Part shown: in pieces, positions 1-8,628 of the stretch
Layout of the letters: each line of letters starts with the position of its first letter
Position numbering within the stretch: position 1 is the first letter of the stretch
Sequence record: NZ_CP025192.1
Length of the DNA stretch: 64,000 nt
DNA from: a plasmid
Strand: one strand, 5' to 3'
The notes under the pieces: model-generated
What the model saw: the letters and a program-made list of their open reading frames with translations, nothing else
What the model was told of the DNA's origin: nothing
Database searches by the model: none
Translations under genes and position numbers: made by a program

Positions 1-3
1 CGC

Positions 4-195
4 ATGCTGCGCAACCGCGCTGTCTACACCCGCGTCGATGTGCCCGGCATCTACCAGACCAGGGTGCTGACGCCGGAACGGCTGGCGGAGGTCCTCGGCT
101 CGGCCGCGGTGAAGGAGAGGTGGAAGGTGAAGGCCTGGCTCAACACCATGCCCGAGGATGAGGCCGTCGCCACCTATCATGAGGCCGCCGGCTGA
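4..195 (+). CDS. Hypothetical protein, probably the C-terminal part of a gene that begins upstream of the window.
   Basis: The ORF runs to the window edge and has natural amino-acid composition. It converges on the imuA-like gene and overlaps its 3' end by 19 nt. I recognise no motif. Confidence 0.3.
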   Translation: MLRNRAVYTRVDVPGIYQTRVLTPERLAEVLGSAAVKERWKVKAWLNTMPEDEAVATYHEAAG

Positions 196-944
196 CGCCG
201 GTCGGCAGCGGATGAAACAGGGGAATCGCTCACGACCTCCAGGCTCGCCCTATCCGGGCGCCATCGCACCGACCAGGCGCCCCCAGGGCCACCGGCGGAG
301 CGGAGCAACGTGAGCCGCCAGCACGGCCCCATACCTTGGACCGGTGTCGCCGCTTCCACATGCCACCGGCTGCGAGCGGGCGACGACGTCCTCCGCGCCG
401 TACCCGGCAGCAGCAGCAGGCCGATGCCACCGCCGGCCTCGGCCGCGAGCTGCAAGCGCCGTGACGCCACCATGTCCGGCGCTGCGCCCTGCACCACGAG
501 CAGGGCACCGGCGACGGCGGGACACCGCAACGCTTCCTCGAAGGCCCAGAGCCCTTCTCTCGGCCGTTCGGCGCGCACGAGGACGAGGCTGGCGGGATCC
601 AGCCCGAACGCCGCGAGGCCTGGTGGCCAGGCCTCGGGGGAAGGGCTGATCCACAGCACTGTGCCCGCGGCGCGCGCCAGGACCAGCGCGCAGAAGCCGG
701 CCGCCGCGCCGGGATCGGCGGCGATCACCTCGTGCAGCGCGGCACGGGCAAGTCCTCCACCAGGGAGGTGAGCGTCGATCGTGCCGCACAGCGCGATCCC
801 GGCCGCCTCCGGCGCGCCGTTCCGCTCCATGCGCGCGACGCGGGCGCGCAGGGCGGCGAGGACGGCAGCGCAGTCGATGGGCTGTTCGCTGGTCGCCGCC
901 GGATCATCGGTCATCGGCGACGCTATGAATGATGAACCGAACAA
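177..944 (-). CDS. imuA: ImuA-like (RecA-fold, SulA-like) SOS mutagenesis cassette protein.
   Basis: About 255 aa. The central motif LPGGGLARAALHEV is typical of the ImuA family (LP.GGL..G.LHE). A GAAC-N7-GAAC box lies about 25 bp upstream of the ATG. Confidence 0.55.
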   Translation of the reverse strand: MFGSSFIASPMTDDPAATSEQPIDCAAVLAALRARVARMERNGAPEAAGIALCGTIDAHLPGGGLARAALHEVIAADPGAAAGFCALVLARAAGTVLWISPSPEAWPPGLAAFGLDPASLVLVRAERPREGLWAFEEALRCPAVAGALLVVQGAAPDMVASRRLQLAAEAGGGIGLLLLPGTARRTSSPARSRWHVEAATPVQGMGPCWRLTLLRSAGGPGGAWSVRWRPDRASLEVVSDSPVSSAADRRQPAAS

Positions 945-968
945 ATCAAGAACGATTCTCTGGCGCTA

Positions 969-983
969 CCCACATGGACGCGG
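969..983. promoter_or_regulatory. Alphaproteobacterial-type LexA box (GAAC-N7-GAAC) upstream of imuA.
   Basis: The sequence gaacAAATCAAgaac is read directly. The known alphaproteobacterial SOS box is GTTC-N7-GTTC / GAAC-N7-GAAC. It sits where the imuA promoter should be. Confidence 0.45.
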
Positions 984-1081
984 CATCCTGTCGCAGTTGA
1001 ACCAAGTACTGTGACGGCATGCCGGGAGAGCGTGCGACAGCAAGCATGACCAGTATGCCGCAACCGATAGGTGTCCTGATA

Positions 1082-3733
1082 CTACCGCCGTAGCGGGGCG
1101 GTAGTCTTGCATTCCGGAAAGCCTGAACAGCCAACTATCGGGCGGTAGCGCGCTTTCGGACGCTCCTTCATGTGACCAGTTTTGCAAGTCGGGCAGCTCT
1201 CGCCAGCGGCCATGGGCGTGGTCAGACGGATGCGGTTACCAGTCCGGCGCAGCTCACCTTGGGCGAGGTTGCGCTTGAAGTCGCACGCGCCGCATCCTTC
1301 GAAAGCTCCATAGGCACCCGAGCGCTGCGTCAGTATCCCCTTTCGGCATTTGGGGCACGGCTGAAGGTGCCCGCCGTCCTCCATCCACAATTTGATCAGC
1401 CCTTGGTCGGCCATCTCAATCAGAAAACGAGAGGGCGTAGACGCCTTGGTGTATATACGCACTTGCCGCCGAGCACGCGTCATGGCGACGTAGAAGACGC
1501 GGCGCTCCTCCGCCATGGGGAAGTCCTCGCCGTCCGGCATCGCGAGAACGAGCACCGGGTCGTCGGCGACTTGGCTGGGGAAGCCGAGATTGTCCTCGAC
1601 CATGTTGAGGATCATCACATAGTCGGCTTCGAGCCCCTTGGCCGAGTGGATCGTGCGGAATTCGATATCGAGTTCCTCGCCAAACTTTTGCCGCCAGGAT
1701 CCGATTTGGGCCTTAGGCTCATCGTGGTTGTAGCGGCCGAGCAGCATGACGCTAATCCGTCGGTCCTCCACACGATCGACCGCATCTTTCTGGATCTGCT
1801 CGTACAGCCGATTTAAGTGCGTCTCCACGCCCTGCAACGCCTGCTCCGACGAGTCGAAGGCGAAGGCCACGATCGACTGTCCTGCCCGCGTATTGGTCGT
1901 CTGAACCGTCTTTTCCAACTGGCGGGGATTCACTGAGATGAAGGCGCCCGAGGCGTCGCACAGCGACTGCGGGCAGCGGAAGGTGGTTACCATCCTTAGC
2001 TGTGAGGAGTGGGGGAACGTGCCGGCGAAGTCGGTCATTACCGTCAGATCGGCGCCCGCAAAGCGGTTGATGCTCTGCCAGTCGTCGCCGACGACGCAGA
2101 GATGCCCGCGCTGATCCGTCCGGTCGAGCAGCGCTTTCAAAAGTCTGACCCGCGCGCGTGAACTGTCCTGGAACTCGTCGGCGAAGATCATGGTATAGGG
2201 GCTGTTGTAGGCGCCGGCCTCGATCAGCGCCGCAGCCTCGACAAGCATATCGTCGAAGTCGATGCACGACGTATCTCGTAGCCGTCGCTCCCACTCATCC
2301 GCGATGCGCTCGTAAAGGGAGAGGAATCTCAGCGAGCGTGCCGAGTGCGCGTCGTCGTCGGACGCTTCGATCCGGCGACGGATGTCCGTCACCGTCGTGC
2401 CACCACCCTTCACGTGCTGCTGGAAACCGCGCACTAGGTTGGCTAGAGCCAGCGTGTCCATTGGCGGCTCGCCCTTAGCCGGACGGTTGGCGTCGTAGAC
2501 CAGTTGCACCCCACGCGCTTCGAGGGCTTCGGTGAGTTCACGAAAGCCTGCGCCACCCCGGACGCTGTGCGAAGTCGTCTCGAACAGGTCCGTCTCATGC
2601 TCCGCATGGCATTCGCGCTTCCATGCGACACCCACTAGATAGTCACCGGTGAAGTGCGGAGGCGGCATACCATCGCGCCCGAGCGCGAAGTGCTCGTGGT
2701 AGAGCTTGGCGTCGGGATAGTAGAAGTCGGGGCGATATTGCTGGTACGTAGCCGTCCGGGTGTCGTGCTGGTAATCCCGCTCGTACTGGTATTTCACGCC
2801 GTGGTAGAATAGCCAGTCCGCGATCAGCCGCTCCTCCTGGCTCTTCACCCAATCACCATTGGCGGTGCGAATGTCGCCGCGCCCGGATTCCTTTGGCTCG
2901 GTGAGATCTGCGGCGCGGCCAATGGGGCGCCCAAAGACCGTCCGGAACAGATCCCATTCGATCCCGAATCCCGGATCTCGGGCGCGCAGGTCCTCGACGA
3001 TCTTGACGATCATCTCGTTTTCCTGCCGTCGTTTGCCTATCCATCGGGCGACCGCCGGCTTTGGACCCTGCCTCGCCGTGATGACGTCCCTGCCGAAGGC
3101 ATGGAATGTCTTGACGGTGACGCGCTCCACGCCGTCGATCCCCTTCAGACGTTCACGCACCCGCTGACGAAGCTCGTCCGCAGCGTCGGTGTTGAAGGCG
3201 AGCAGCAGGATCTGTTCGGGTTCGGCCAGTCCTTGGTGGAGCACGTAGCCCGTCTTGGCGACCATCGTGGACGTCTTGCCCGAGCCGGCGGCCGCCACGA
3301 TCTGCACCGCATCGTCCATGCAAATGCAGGCATCCTTTTGTTCATCAGTCAACGGCGAGGCTTCGACCGTGTCGAAGAACACCTTCAACTTGGCCTTCTG
3401 GTCGGTCAGATGCTGCTGGTTGTGTGTTGCGAACTCGGCGAGGAGCTCCCTGGTCGCGACCCGGGTGACGGCACCGAAGCTGTCGTGCTCGGACCCTGGC
3501 GGGGGATAGGTTGCGATGATGCGATGCGCGGCGCTCTGCGGTATCCAGCGCGTCCGATCAACATCAGGCTCCCATTTGCTTCGCCAATCGCGTTCCTTTG
3601 TGGTTTGCTCCCGACGCCACCGGTCCGGGTCGAAGGGCTTTGTCGAACCGCCGCCGAAGGACGGTCGCTTGTCGTCTGAACCGAAAAGGCCGCCGACGAG
3701 CGCGACCGCGCCAAGGGCCAGCCATTCGATCAT
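1082..3733 (-). CDS. HelD/UvrD-family superfamily-1 helicase with an N-terminal hydrophobic segment and C-terminal tandem topoisomerase-type C4 zinc ribbons.
   Basis: 883 aa. Walker A is AAAGSGKTS within a HelD-like context (DEQKDACICMDDAVQIVAAAGSGKTSTM). The C-terminus carries CPKC...CGAC and CPTC...CSGFPEC Zn-ribbon repeats. Confidence 0.75.
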   Translation of the reverse strand: MIEWLALGAVALVGGLFGSDDKRPSFGGGSTKPFDPDRWRREQTTKERDWRSKWEPDVDRTRWIPQSAAHRIIATYPPPGSEHDSFGAVTRVATRELLAEFATHNQQHLTDQKAKLKVFFDTVEASPLTDEQKDACICMDDAVQIVAAAGSGKTSTMVAKTGYVLHQGLAEPEQILLLAFNTDAADELRQRVRERLKGIDGVERVTVKTFHAFGRDVITARQGPKPAVARWIGKRRQENEMIVKIVEDLRARDPGFGIEWDLFRTVFGRPIGRAADLTEPKESGRGDIRTANGDWVKSQEERLIADWLFYHGVKYQYERDYQHDTRTATYQQYRPDFYYPDAKLYHEHFALGRDGMPPPHFTGDYLVGVAWKRECHAEHETDLFETTSHSVRGGAGFRELTEALEARGVQLVYDANRPAKGEPPMDTLALANLVRGFQQHVKGGGTTVTDIRRRIEASDDDAHSARSLRFLSLYERIADEWERRLRDTSCIDFDDMLVEAAALIEAGAYNSPYTMIFADEFQDSSRARVRLLKALLDRTDQRGHLCVVGDDWQSINRFAGADLTVMTDFAGTFPHSSQLRMVTTFRCPQSLCDASGAFISVNPRQLEKTVQTTNTRAGQSIVAFAFDSSEQALQGVETHLNRLYEQIQKDAVDRVEDRRISVMLLGRYNHDEPKAQIGSWRQKFGEELDIEFRTIHSAKGLEADYVMILNMVEDNLGFPSQVADDPVLVLAMPDGEDFPMAEERRVFYVAMTRARRQVRIYTKASTPSRFLIEMADQGLIKLWMEDGGHLQPCPKCRKGILTQRSGAYGAFEGCGACDFKRNLAQGELRRTGNRIRLTTPMAAGESCPTCKTGHMKERPKARYRPIVGCSGFPECKTTAPLRR

Positions 3734-3820
3734 GCTGTGTTCTCGTCCTTTATCTTGCCCATTCTACGCGAGCGTGTTCTAGGGTGGGCGATGTCGCCGA
3801 CCAATTGGTGCAGTTTATCA

Positions 3821-4138
3821 TTAGGCAGCTGGATCCTTCCGGGCCTTCGCTAGCGCCTGTGTGCCACCGTTTCCGAGGCCCTCGCCTTGGAGAAGGCAAG
3901 CAGCGCCCGGGACCTGCATCCATTCTGCACCGATCGCCACCATTGCCTGCAAAGAGAACATGAACGAGAACCGCCCGCGCGAGACCTTGTTCTTGATGGC
4001 GCCCTCGGTGTCCTCGACCCCGATCGCCGCGAGCGCCTCGACGAGGCGCGCGTAGCTGATCCCTCGACGCATGATCTCCGCGCGCAGCATGTTCCGGGCG
4101 AGCGATTCCCAATCAGCTTCGGCTATTGCACCTTCCAT
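3821..4138 (-). CDS. DUF6471-like small helix-turn-helix protein.
   Basis: Only the C-terminal 105 aa of the 545-aa ORF (MEGAIAEADWESLARNMLRAEIMRRGISYARLVEALAAIGVEDTEGAIKNKVSRGRFS...) has natural composition and resembles DUF6471. The rest of that ORF is a Pro/Arg-rich artefact. Confidence 0.5.
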   Translation of the reverse strand: MEGAIAEADWESLARNMLRAEIMRRGISYARLVEALAAIGVEDTEGAIKNKVSRGRFSFMFSLQAMVAIGAEWMQVPGAACLLQGEGLGNGGTQALAKARKDPAA

Positions 4139-4198
4139 ATCATCCCCATCCGCCCACGAGGTATCGCATAGGGCGCAAAAGGCTACGTATAAGACACT

Positions 4199-4738
4199 TT
4201 GCCGGATGCCTCGCAGGCTCCCTTGCTCGGCGTCGGCAGCGTCTGCCGCCGCCAGGTCGGCGGCGCCGACGGCGTGCTGCGCGTGGTCGACACGCTGGAC
4301 CGGGCGCTCGGGGATGCCCCGGTGAGGCTGCATCTGTACGGGGTCAAGTCCGAGGCAATGCACGCCCTGCGCGACCACCCCCGCGTCGCCTCGGTGGACA
4401 GCCAAGCCTACGGCCAGACCGCCCGGCGTGCCGCCTTCCTGGGCGGTCGGAGCAAGACCGATGCCTTCCTCGCCCGGCACATGGTGGCGTTCCAGCGCCG
4501 CCAGGTTGCCCTGCTGGCGGCGCCGGGGCAGGGGGCTCGTGCCCCCTTCTTCCCGGCCGCCCTGCCAACGCCTCCGACTGATCCCATCGAGGCGCGGGTG
4601 GCTGTCGCGGCCGAGGAACTCCGGGCGCTCCACGAGGACGGTGAGGTGGCGCGGACCGATCTGCACCCTCTCGCCGCCTTGCAATGGGCCTTCCTCGACG
4701 AGAACCCGGATCCGGAGGCGGCGGCCGAGGCCGCCTGA
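4199..4738 (+). CDS. Hypothetical protein.
   Basis: 179-aa ORF with natural-looking composition and no recognisable motif. It competes with overlapping ORFs in other frames. Confidence 0.3.
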   Translation: MPDASQAPLLGVGSVCRRQVGGADGVLRVVDTLDRALGDAPVRLHLYGVKSEAMHALRDHPRVASVDSQAYGQTARRAAFLGGRSKTDAFLARHMVAFQRRQVALLAAPGQGARAPFFPAALPTPPTDPIEARVAVAAEELRALHEDGEVARTDLHPLAALQWAFLDENPDPEAAAEAA

Positions 4739-4739
4739 T

Positions 4740-5105
4740 GGGGGAAAGGAGAGACGAGAAAGGGGGAAGGAGAACGGGAGGGATGGGGGAGGGGAGGAGC
4801 GTCCGAGAGACGGGAATGGCCAGAACTGTATCGTCAATCCGCCCGTGCCGGTCGTCTCTCCTCGGGTTGCTGAGGTCTGAGCCACGTCGCCGGCCGGGCC
4901 TACCCCCGCTTTCCCCGTAGCCGGGGAAAGCGCCTGCGGTTTGGCCTTCTCGGTCAGGCGCCGGGGCCGCGCCGCGCGCGGGGCCTTGCCCCGCTTCGTC
5001 GCAACCCCCGCCCCCTCCCTCGCACGCCTCAGGGGTAGGCCCGCCCGCCGCCGCGTCTCTGGTCGACCGCACCCGAGGAGAGACGACCGGCACGGGCCGG
5101 AAGCC
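4740..5105. repeat. A pure-purine tract of about 60 nt followed by nested long inverted repeats immediately upstream of ssb.
   Basis: The stretch 4740-4800 contains only G and A. The inverted repeat ccgtgccggtcgtctctcctcgggt (about 4843-4867) pairs with acccgaggagagacgaccggcacgg (about 5072-5096). An inner repeat cgctttccccg/cggggaaagcg lies at about 4905-4932. A further pair is gcctaccccc (about 4900) and ggggtaggc (about 5035). Confidence 0.6.
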
Positions 5106-5137
5106 TCCTGGGGGAGAGAGATGAAGAGGGTACGACG

Positions 5138-5632
5138 ATGGCTGGTTCGCTCAACAAGGTCACGCTGATCGGTCGCCTGGGCGCTGACCCCGAGACGCGC
5201 CACTTCACCAACGGCGGCCAGGTGGTCAGCCTGAGCATCGCCACCAGCGAAACCTGGAAGGACCGCTCCGGCGTGCGCCAGGAGCGCACCGAGTGGCACC
5301 GGGTCTCGATCTTCACCGAGGGCCTCGGCGACGTCGTGGCCCAGCACGCCCGCAAGGGGGCGCTGGTCTACATCGAGGGCAAGCTCGAAACCCGGAAGTG
5401 GCAGGACCGCGAGGGCAACGACCGCTACAGCACCGAGATCGCGCTGCGCCCCTTCCACGGTGTCTTCACCTTCCTGGCCGATGCCCCCGCCTCGGGCGGC
5501 CGGGAGGAACCTGCCTCCGGCGATGCTCCCGCCGCCGATGCTCCCGCCGGCGGTGCCGCGCGCCGGGCCCGTGGCCGTGCCGCCCCGGCCAAGGTGCGCG
5601 CTGCCGACCTGGACGACGACGTGCCGTTCTGA
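5138..5632 (+). CDS. ssb: Single-stranded DNA-binding protein.
   Basis: OB-fold N-terminus (KVTLIGRLGADPE...RTEWHRVSIF), Gly/Ala/Pro-rich linker and the canonical acidic tail DLDDDVPF. Confidence 0.95.
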   Translation: MAGSLNKVTLIGRLGADPETRHFTNGGQVVSLSIATSETWKDRSGVRQERTEWHRVSIFTEGLGDVVAQHARKGALVYIEGKLETRKWQDREGNDRYSTEIALRPFHGVFTFLADAPASGGREEPASGDAPAADAPAGGAARRARGRAAPAKVRAADLDDDVPF

Positions 5633-5740
5633 GCGGCCCGGCTGGGCGCCCTTCGGGGCGCCCGGCGGCCTTCACCCGATCCCATCCCTTCCTTCGCCGG
5701 TCGGCCAGGCGGCCGCCCCGGCACACGAGGATTCCGTCCG

Positions 5741-6019
5741 ATGTCCACCACCCCGCTCGCCTCCGGGGCGCTGCCGCGCCCGCGCGCGCTCACCACCCTG
5801 GTCTTCCACGACGTCCACGAGGAGGGATTCCAGGGCGCCGTCGGCCGCTGCCACGACCTGTCCACGGTCCACCCCTACGCCTTCGTGTGCCGCGAGGCCG
5901 CGAACCTGCTGGGGAACCACCGGGCGCTCCGCAGCCTCTGCGACGGCTACAGCCTCCGCACCCCCGGCTACCGGCCGCCCCCGCTGCCCGATTTCGACGA
6001 CAGCGAGATCCCCTTCTGA
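5741..6019 (+). CDS. Small hypothetical protein whose C-terminus (DFDDSEIPF) resembles the SSB C-terminal tip.
   Basis: 92-aa ORF directly downstream of ssb. The terminal DFDDSEIPF resembles the SSB DDDIPF/DDDVPF tip. No other motif. Confidence 0.4.
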   Translation: MSTTPLASGALPRPRALTTLVFHDVHEEGFQGAVGRCHDLSTVHPYAFVCREAANLLGNHRALRSLCDGYSLRTPGYRPPPLPDFDDSEIPF

Positions 6020-6030
6020 GGAGCGACGCC

Positions 6031-6291
6031 ATGACCTTCGTGCTGATCTTCGATCCGGACCCGATCCTCGGCAACGCGCCGCGCTTCTTCGGGCCCTTCG
6101 CCACCGAGGCGGCGGCCAGGCGCCACGCCGAGGACACGGGCATGACCGGCGGCGTCGACTTCGATACCGCCGCGGCACAGGCCGATGCCGAGGAGGGACA
6201 CTCCGGGTATTCCGGCTCCTTCGCCTGCGCCATCGCCCGCATCGAGCCGGTGGACGGCGCGGACTTCCCCGTCGAGGGGGAGCCATCCTGA
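6031..6291 (+). CDS. Hypothetical small protein.
   Basis: Internal ATG of the longer ORF 5293-6291, preceded by GAGG (tgaggagcgacgccATG). Acidic protein of 86 aa. Confidence 0.4.
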   Translation: MTFVLIFDPDPILGNAPRFFGPFATEAAARRHAEDTGMTGGVDFDTAAAQADAEEGHSGYSGSFACAIARIEPVDGADFPVEGEPS

Positions 6292-6677
6292 TGCTGCGCC
6301 AGTACCACGCCCCGCGCCGCCTCGGCGGCGACAACCCCCTCGGCGTCGGCACCGTCGCCATCGGGGCGGTCTTCTACCTCCAGGACGACGGCCACTGGCG
6401 CGACCGCTATCGCGGCGTCGCTGTCTGCCGCGCCCCGTGGATCGTCGAGGCCTTCCTCAACGGCCATTACCATGCCGCCCGCCGCGATCCCGCAACCGGC
6501 CACTGGCTCAGCCTCGCTGTCGCCAACCGCACCGACCTGGCCCTGGTCCGCTCGCTGCGCGACGGCCGCCGCGCCACCGTCGCCATCCGCACCCTGCAGC
6601 TGCACGAGGACGAGGGCCTCGGCTGGCCCGACAACCCGCGGTCCCGGCCGCCCGCGATCCCGGCCCGCCCGGCCTGA
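6291..6677 (+). CDS. Hypothetical protein.
   Basis: ATGA start/stop overlap with the preceding gene (translational coupling). 128 aa with natural composition. Confidence 0.4.
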   Translation: MLRQYHAPRRLGGDNPLGVGTVAIGAVFYLQDDGHWRDRYRGVAVCRAPWIVEAFLNGHYHAARRDPATGHWLSLAVANRTDLALVRSLRDGRRATVAIRTLQLHEDEGLGWPDNPRSRPPAIPARPA

Positions 6678-6723
6678 CGGCCGGTGCGCGGCTCCCCGCT
6701 TCACTCCACACCCGGAAGAACCC

Positions 6724-6972
6724 CATGCCGACCACGCCCCACCACGGGCGGCCCGATCCGCCCGCCGTCACCGGCGGCCTCGCCTCCGCGCGGCGCTGGC
6801 AGGCCGAGGCCGCCGCCCTGCGCGAGCACGCCCAGGCGACGCGCCTCTCCCCCACCCAGCGTGCCTCCCTCCTGCGCGGCGCCGTGGCCGCCGACCGCCA
6901 GGCGGAGTTCTGGCTCGAGGGCTGCCGGCAGGATGCCGGCAGGGCGGCCGGCACCGCCGGGCTTCGCCGCTA
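6724..6972 (+). CDS. Hypothetical small protein.
   Basis: 82-aa tail of ORF 6185-6973, from an internal ATG after a Pro-rich artefact region. Confidence 0.3.
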
Positions 6973-7560
6973 GTCCCCCTGCGACGGGACCGCCCGGCGC
7001 CGCCGCACCGGCAGCGCCCAGGACAGGTCATCCTCCTCCTGCTCTGACCGGGGCCGCCACGTCTCGCCACGCCGCGCCAGTCCCACCACCGTCGCCGCCG
7101 CCGCCGCCTGCACCGACAGCACATAGGCCTCCAGCAGCAGCCGCGCCGCCTCGCAGGTCTGCGCGTCCGCACGGTCCCGCAGCACCTCCAGTCCGCTGTC
7201 ACGCCGCTGCTGCGACAGCTCCACCAGCCGATCCTGCGCAGCCGTCGCCGCCGCCCAGGCCTCGTCCGACACCTGCCGCGCCGCCTCGGCACGGTCCATG
7301 TAATCCGTCAGCAGATCCCGCAGCGCCGCGTCCCGCCGTGCCCCGCGCTCCGGCGGCACGTTCGCCTCCACATGCGCCGCCACCGCCGCCTCGGCCTCCT
7401 CCCGCAGCCGGGGCCGCGGCCCCTCCAGCTGGAACGCCTCGGCCACCTGCAGCACCACGCGCACGTCCGGTACCGCCTCGTGCGCCTCTGTTTCCTTCTC
7501 CGGCAGCACCCGCAGTAGCGGGAACCGCACCACATTCGCGCCGTGGGTCATCCTTCCCAC
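6970..7560 (-). CDS. Hypothetical protein.
   Basis: 196-aa ORF with natural composition, convergent with the small plus-strand genes. Confidence 0.4.
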   Translation of the reverse strand: MGRMTHGANVVRFPLLRVLPEKETEAHEAVPDVRVVLQVAEAFQLEGPRPRLREEAEAAVAAHVEANVPPERGARRDAALRDLLTDYMDRAEAARQVSDEAWAAATAAQDRLVELSQQRRDSGLEVLRDRADAQTCEAARLLLEAYVLSVQAAAAATVVGLARRGETWRPRSEQEEDDLSWALPVRRRRAVPSQGD

Positions 7561-7618
7561 TCCTCTGCTCGTGCGCTGGATTCTAGGCCGGAACGCCTTC
7601 GTAACGCAACATAGCGTG

Positions 7619-7650
7619 TTGCTTTTATTGAATATTTATCCTGGATTGGC
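7619..7650 (+). promoter_or_regulatory. AT-rich promoter-like element (ttttattgaatatttatcctggat) upstream of the Uma2 gene.
   Basis: AT-rich island in GC-rich DNA. It shares the core TTTTATTG..GAATAT..(C)TGGAT with the element at 9256-9290. Confidence 0.35.
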
Positions 7651-7664
7651 ATCCGGGTGAATGG

Positions 7665-8375
7665 GTGGAGCCGCCCTCGGCAATGCCCCCGCCGGCATCC
7701 GCCAGCAGACCCTCCTCCCCATATCCTCCGGAGATCACCATGCCGTCCCGTGCTAGAAAGAAGCCCATGAGCCAGGCCCGCCACCGCACGCCCAGCATGA
7801 CCCTCGCCGAGTTCCTCGCCTGGGAGCGGCAGCAGCCCGTCCGCTACGAGTTCGACGGCTTCCAGCCCGTCGCCATGACCGGCGGAACCGCCGCTCATGC
7901 CCGCATCCAGCGCAACCTTGCCTTCGCCCTCCATGGCCGCCTGCGCGGCTCCCCTTGCGAGTTCCTGGGCAGCGACATGAAGGTGCTGACGGCGCGCACC
8001 AGCCGCTATCCTGACGGCATCGTCACCTGCTCCAGGGCCGGTGACGCCGACACCACCGCGCGGGAGCCGGTCATCCTCTTCGAGGTCCTCAGCCAGAGCA
8101 CCGCCGACGACGACTTCGGTGTGAAGAGCATCGAGTACATGAACCTGCCCTCGGTCCAGCGCTACGTGCTGATCGACCAGAAGCTCGTCCATGCCACCGT
8201 CTTCTCGCGCCAGGATGGGCAATGGCTCGGTCGCGTCCTCACGGACGGCGATGCGCTCGATCTGCCGGAGATCGGCATCCGGTTTCCCCTTAGCGAGATC
8301 TACGAGGGGCTGGACCTGAGTGCCGAGGGGGCGGACGACACCGGCCCCTCCCGCGTGCCCGGACGACAGGACTAG
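7665..8375 (+). CDS. Uma2-family (DUF820) putative restriction endonuclease.
   Basis: MTLAEFLAWERQQPVRYEFDGFQPVAMTGGTAAHARIQRNLAFALHGRL is the Uma2 signature. The N-terminal approximately 45 aa are Pro-rich, so the true start may be an internal Met near 7767. Confidence 0.7.
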   Translation: MEPPSAMPPPASASRPSSPYPPEITMPSRARKKPMSQARHRTPSMTLAEFLAWERQQPVRYEFDGFQPVAMTGGTAAHARIQRNLAFALHGRLRGSPCEFLGSDMKVLTARTSRYPDGIVTCSRAGDADTTAREPVILFEVLSQSTADDDFGVKSIEYMNLPSVQRYVLIDQKLVHATVFSRQDGQWLGRVLTDGDALDLPEIGIRFPLSEIYEGLDLSAEGADDTGPSRVPGRQD

Positions 8376-8385
8376 AACACCGCGC

Positions 8386-8628
8386 ATGGATCCTGTTCAG
8401 CGACCTCCCTACCGCCCCTTCTGCGATACGCCGGCCGACCAGCCCGACGAGCGCCGCAAGGGACACATCTCCCAGGATCCGTTCGAACATTTCTGCGAGG
8501 AGTGCGGCGCCTGGGGCAGCTTCGGCTTCAGGATCGACAGCGATCCCGCGCATCCCGGTGTCTGGTACTGTGGCCAGCATCGCCGCGTCGGAGAGGAGCG
8601 CCTGGCTCGGGTGCGGCGGGGCGGATAG
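8386..8628 (+). CDS. Small Cys-containing hypothetical protein.
   Basis: 80 aa beginning MDPVQRPPYRPFCDTPAD and containing ...FCEECGAW...WYCGQH, which could form a zinc ribbon. Confidence 0.3.
   Translation: MDPVQRPPYRPFCDTPADQPDERRKGHISQDPFEHFCEECGAWGSFGFRIDSDPAHPGVWYCGQHRRVGEERLARVRRGG

Noticed and set aside
1-180. A possible imuB start on the minus strand, overlapping the imuA stop (ATGA at 177-180).
   Set aside because: Translating the minus strand from that ATG gives MIGGDGLILGHGVEPG..., which lacks the conserved ImuB/Y-family N-terminal motifs. A better-looking convergent plus-strand ORF occupies the region.
1083-1107. The hairpin CTACCGCC-gtagcgg-GGCGGTAG as an intrinsic terminator.
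   Set aside because: It overlaps the helicase stop codon and is not followed by a U-tract on either strand.
3821-5458. 545-aa minus-strand ORF.
   Set aside because: Only the C-terminal approximately 105 aa (3821-4138) has natural composition and DUF6471-like sequence. The remaining 440 aa are Pro/Arg/Gly-rich, which is typical of alternate-frame ORFs in GC-rich DNA, and they overlap better candidates.
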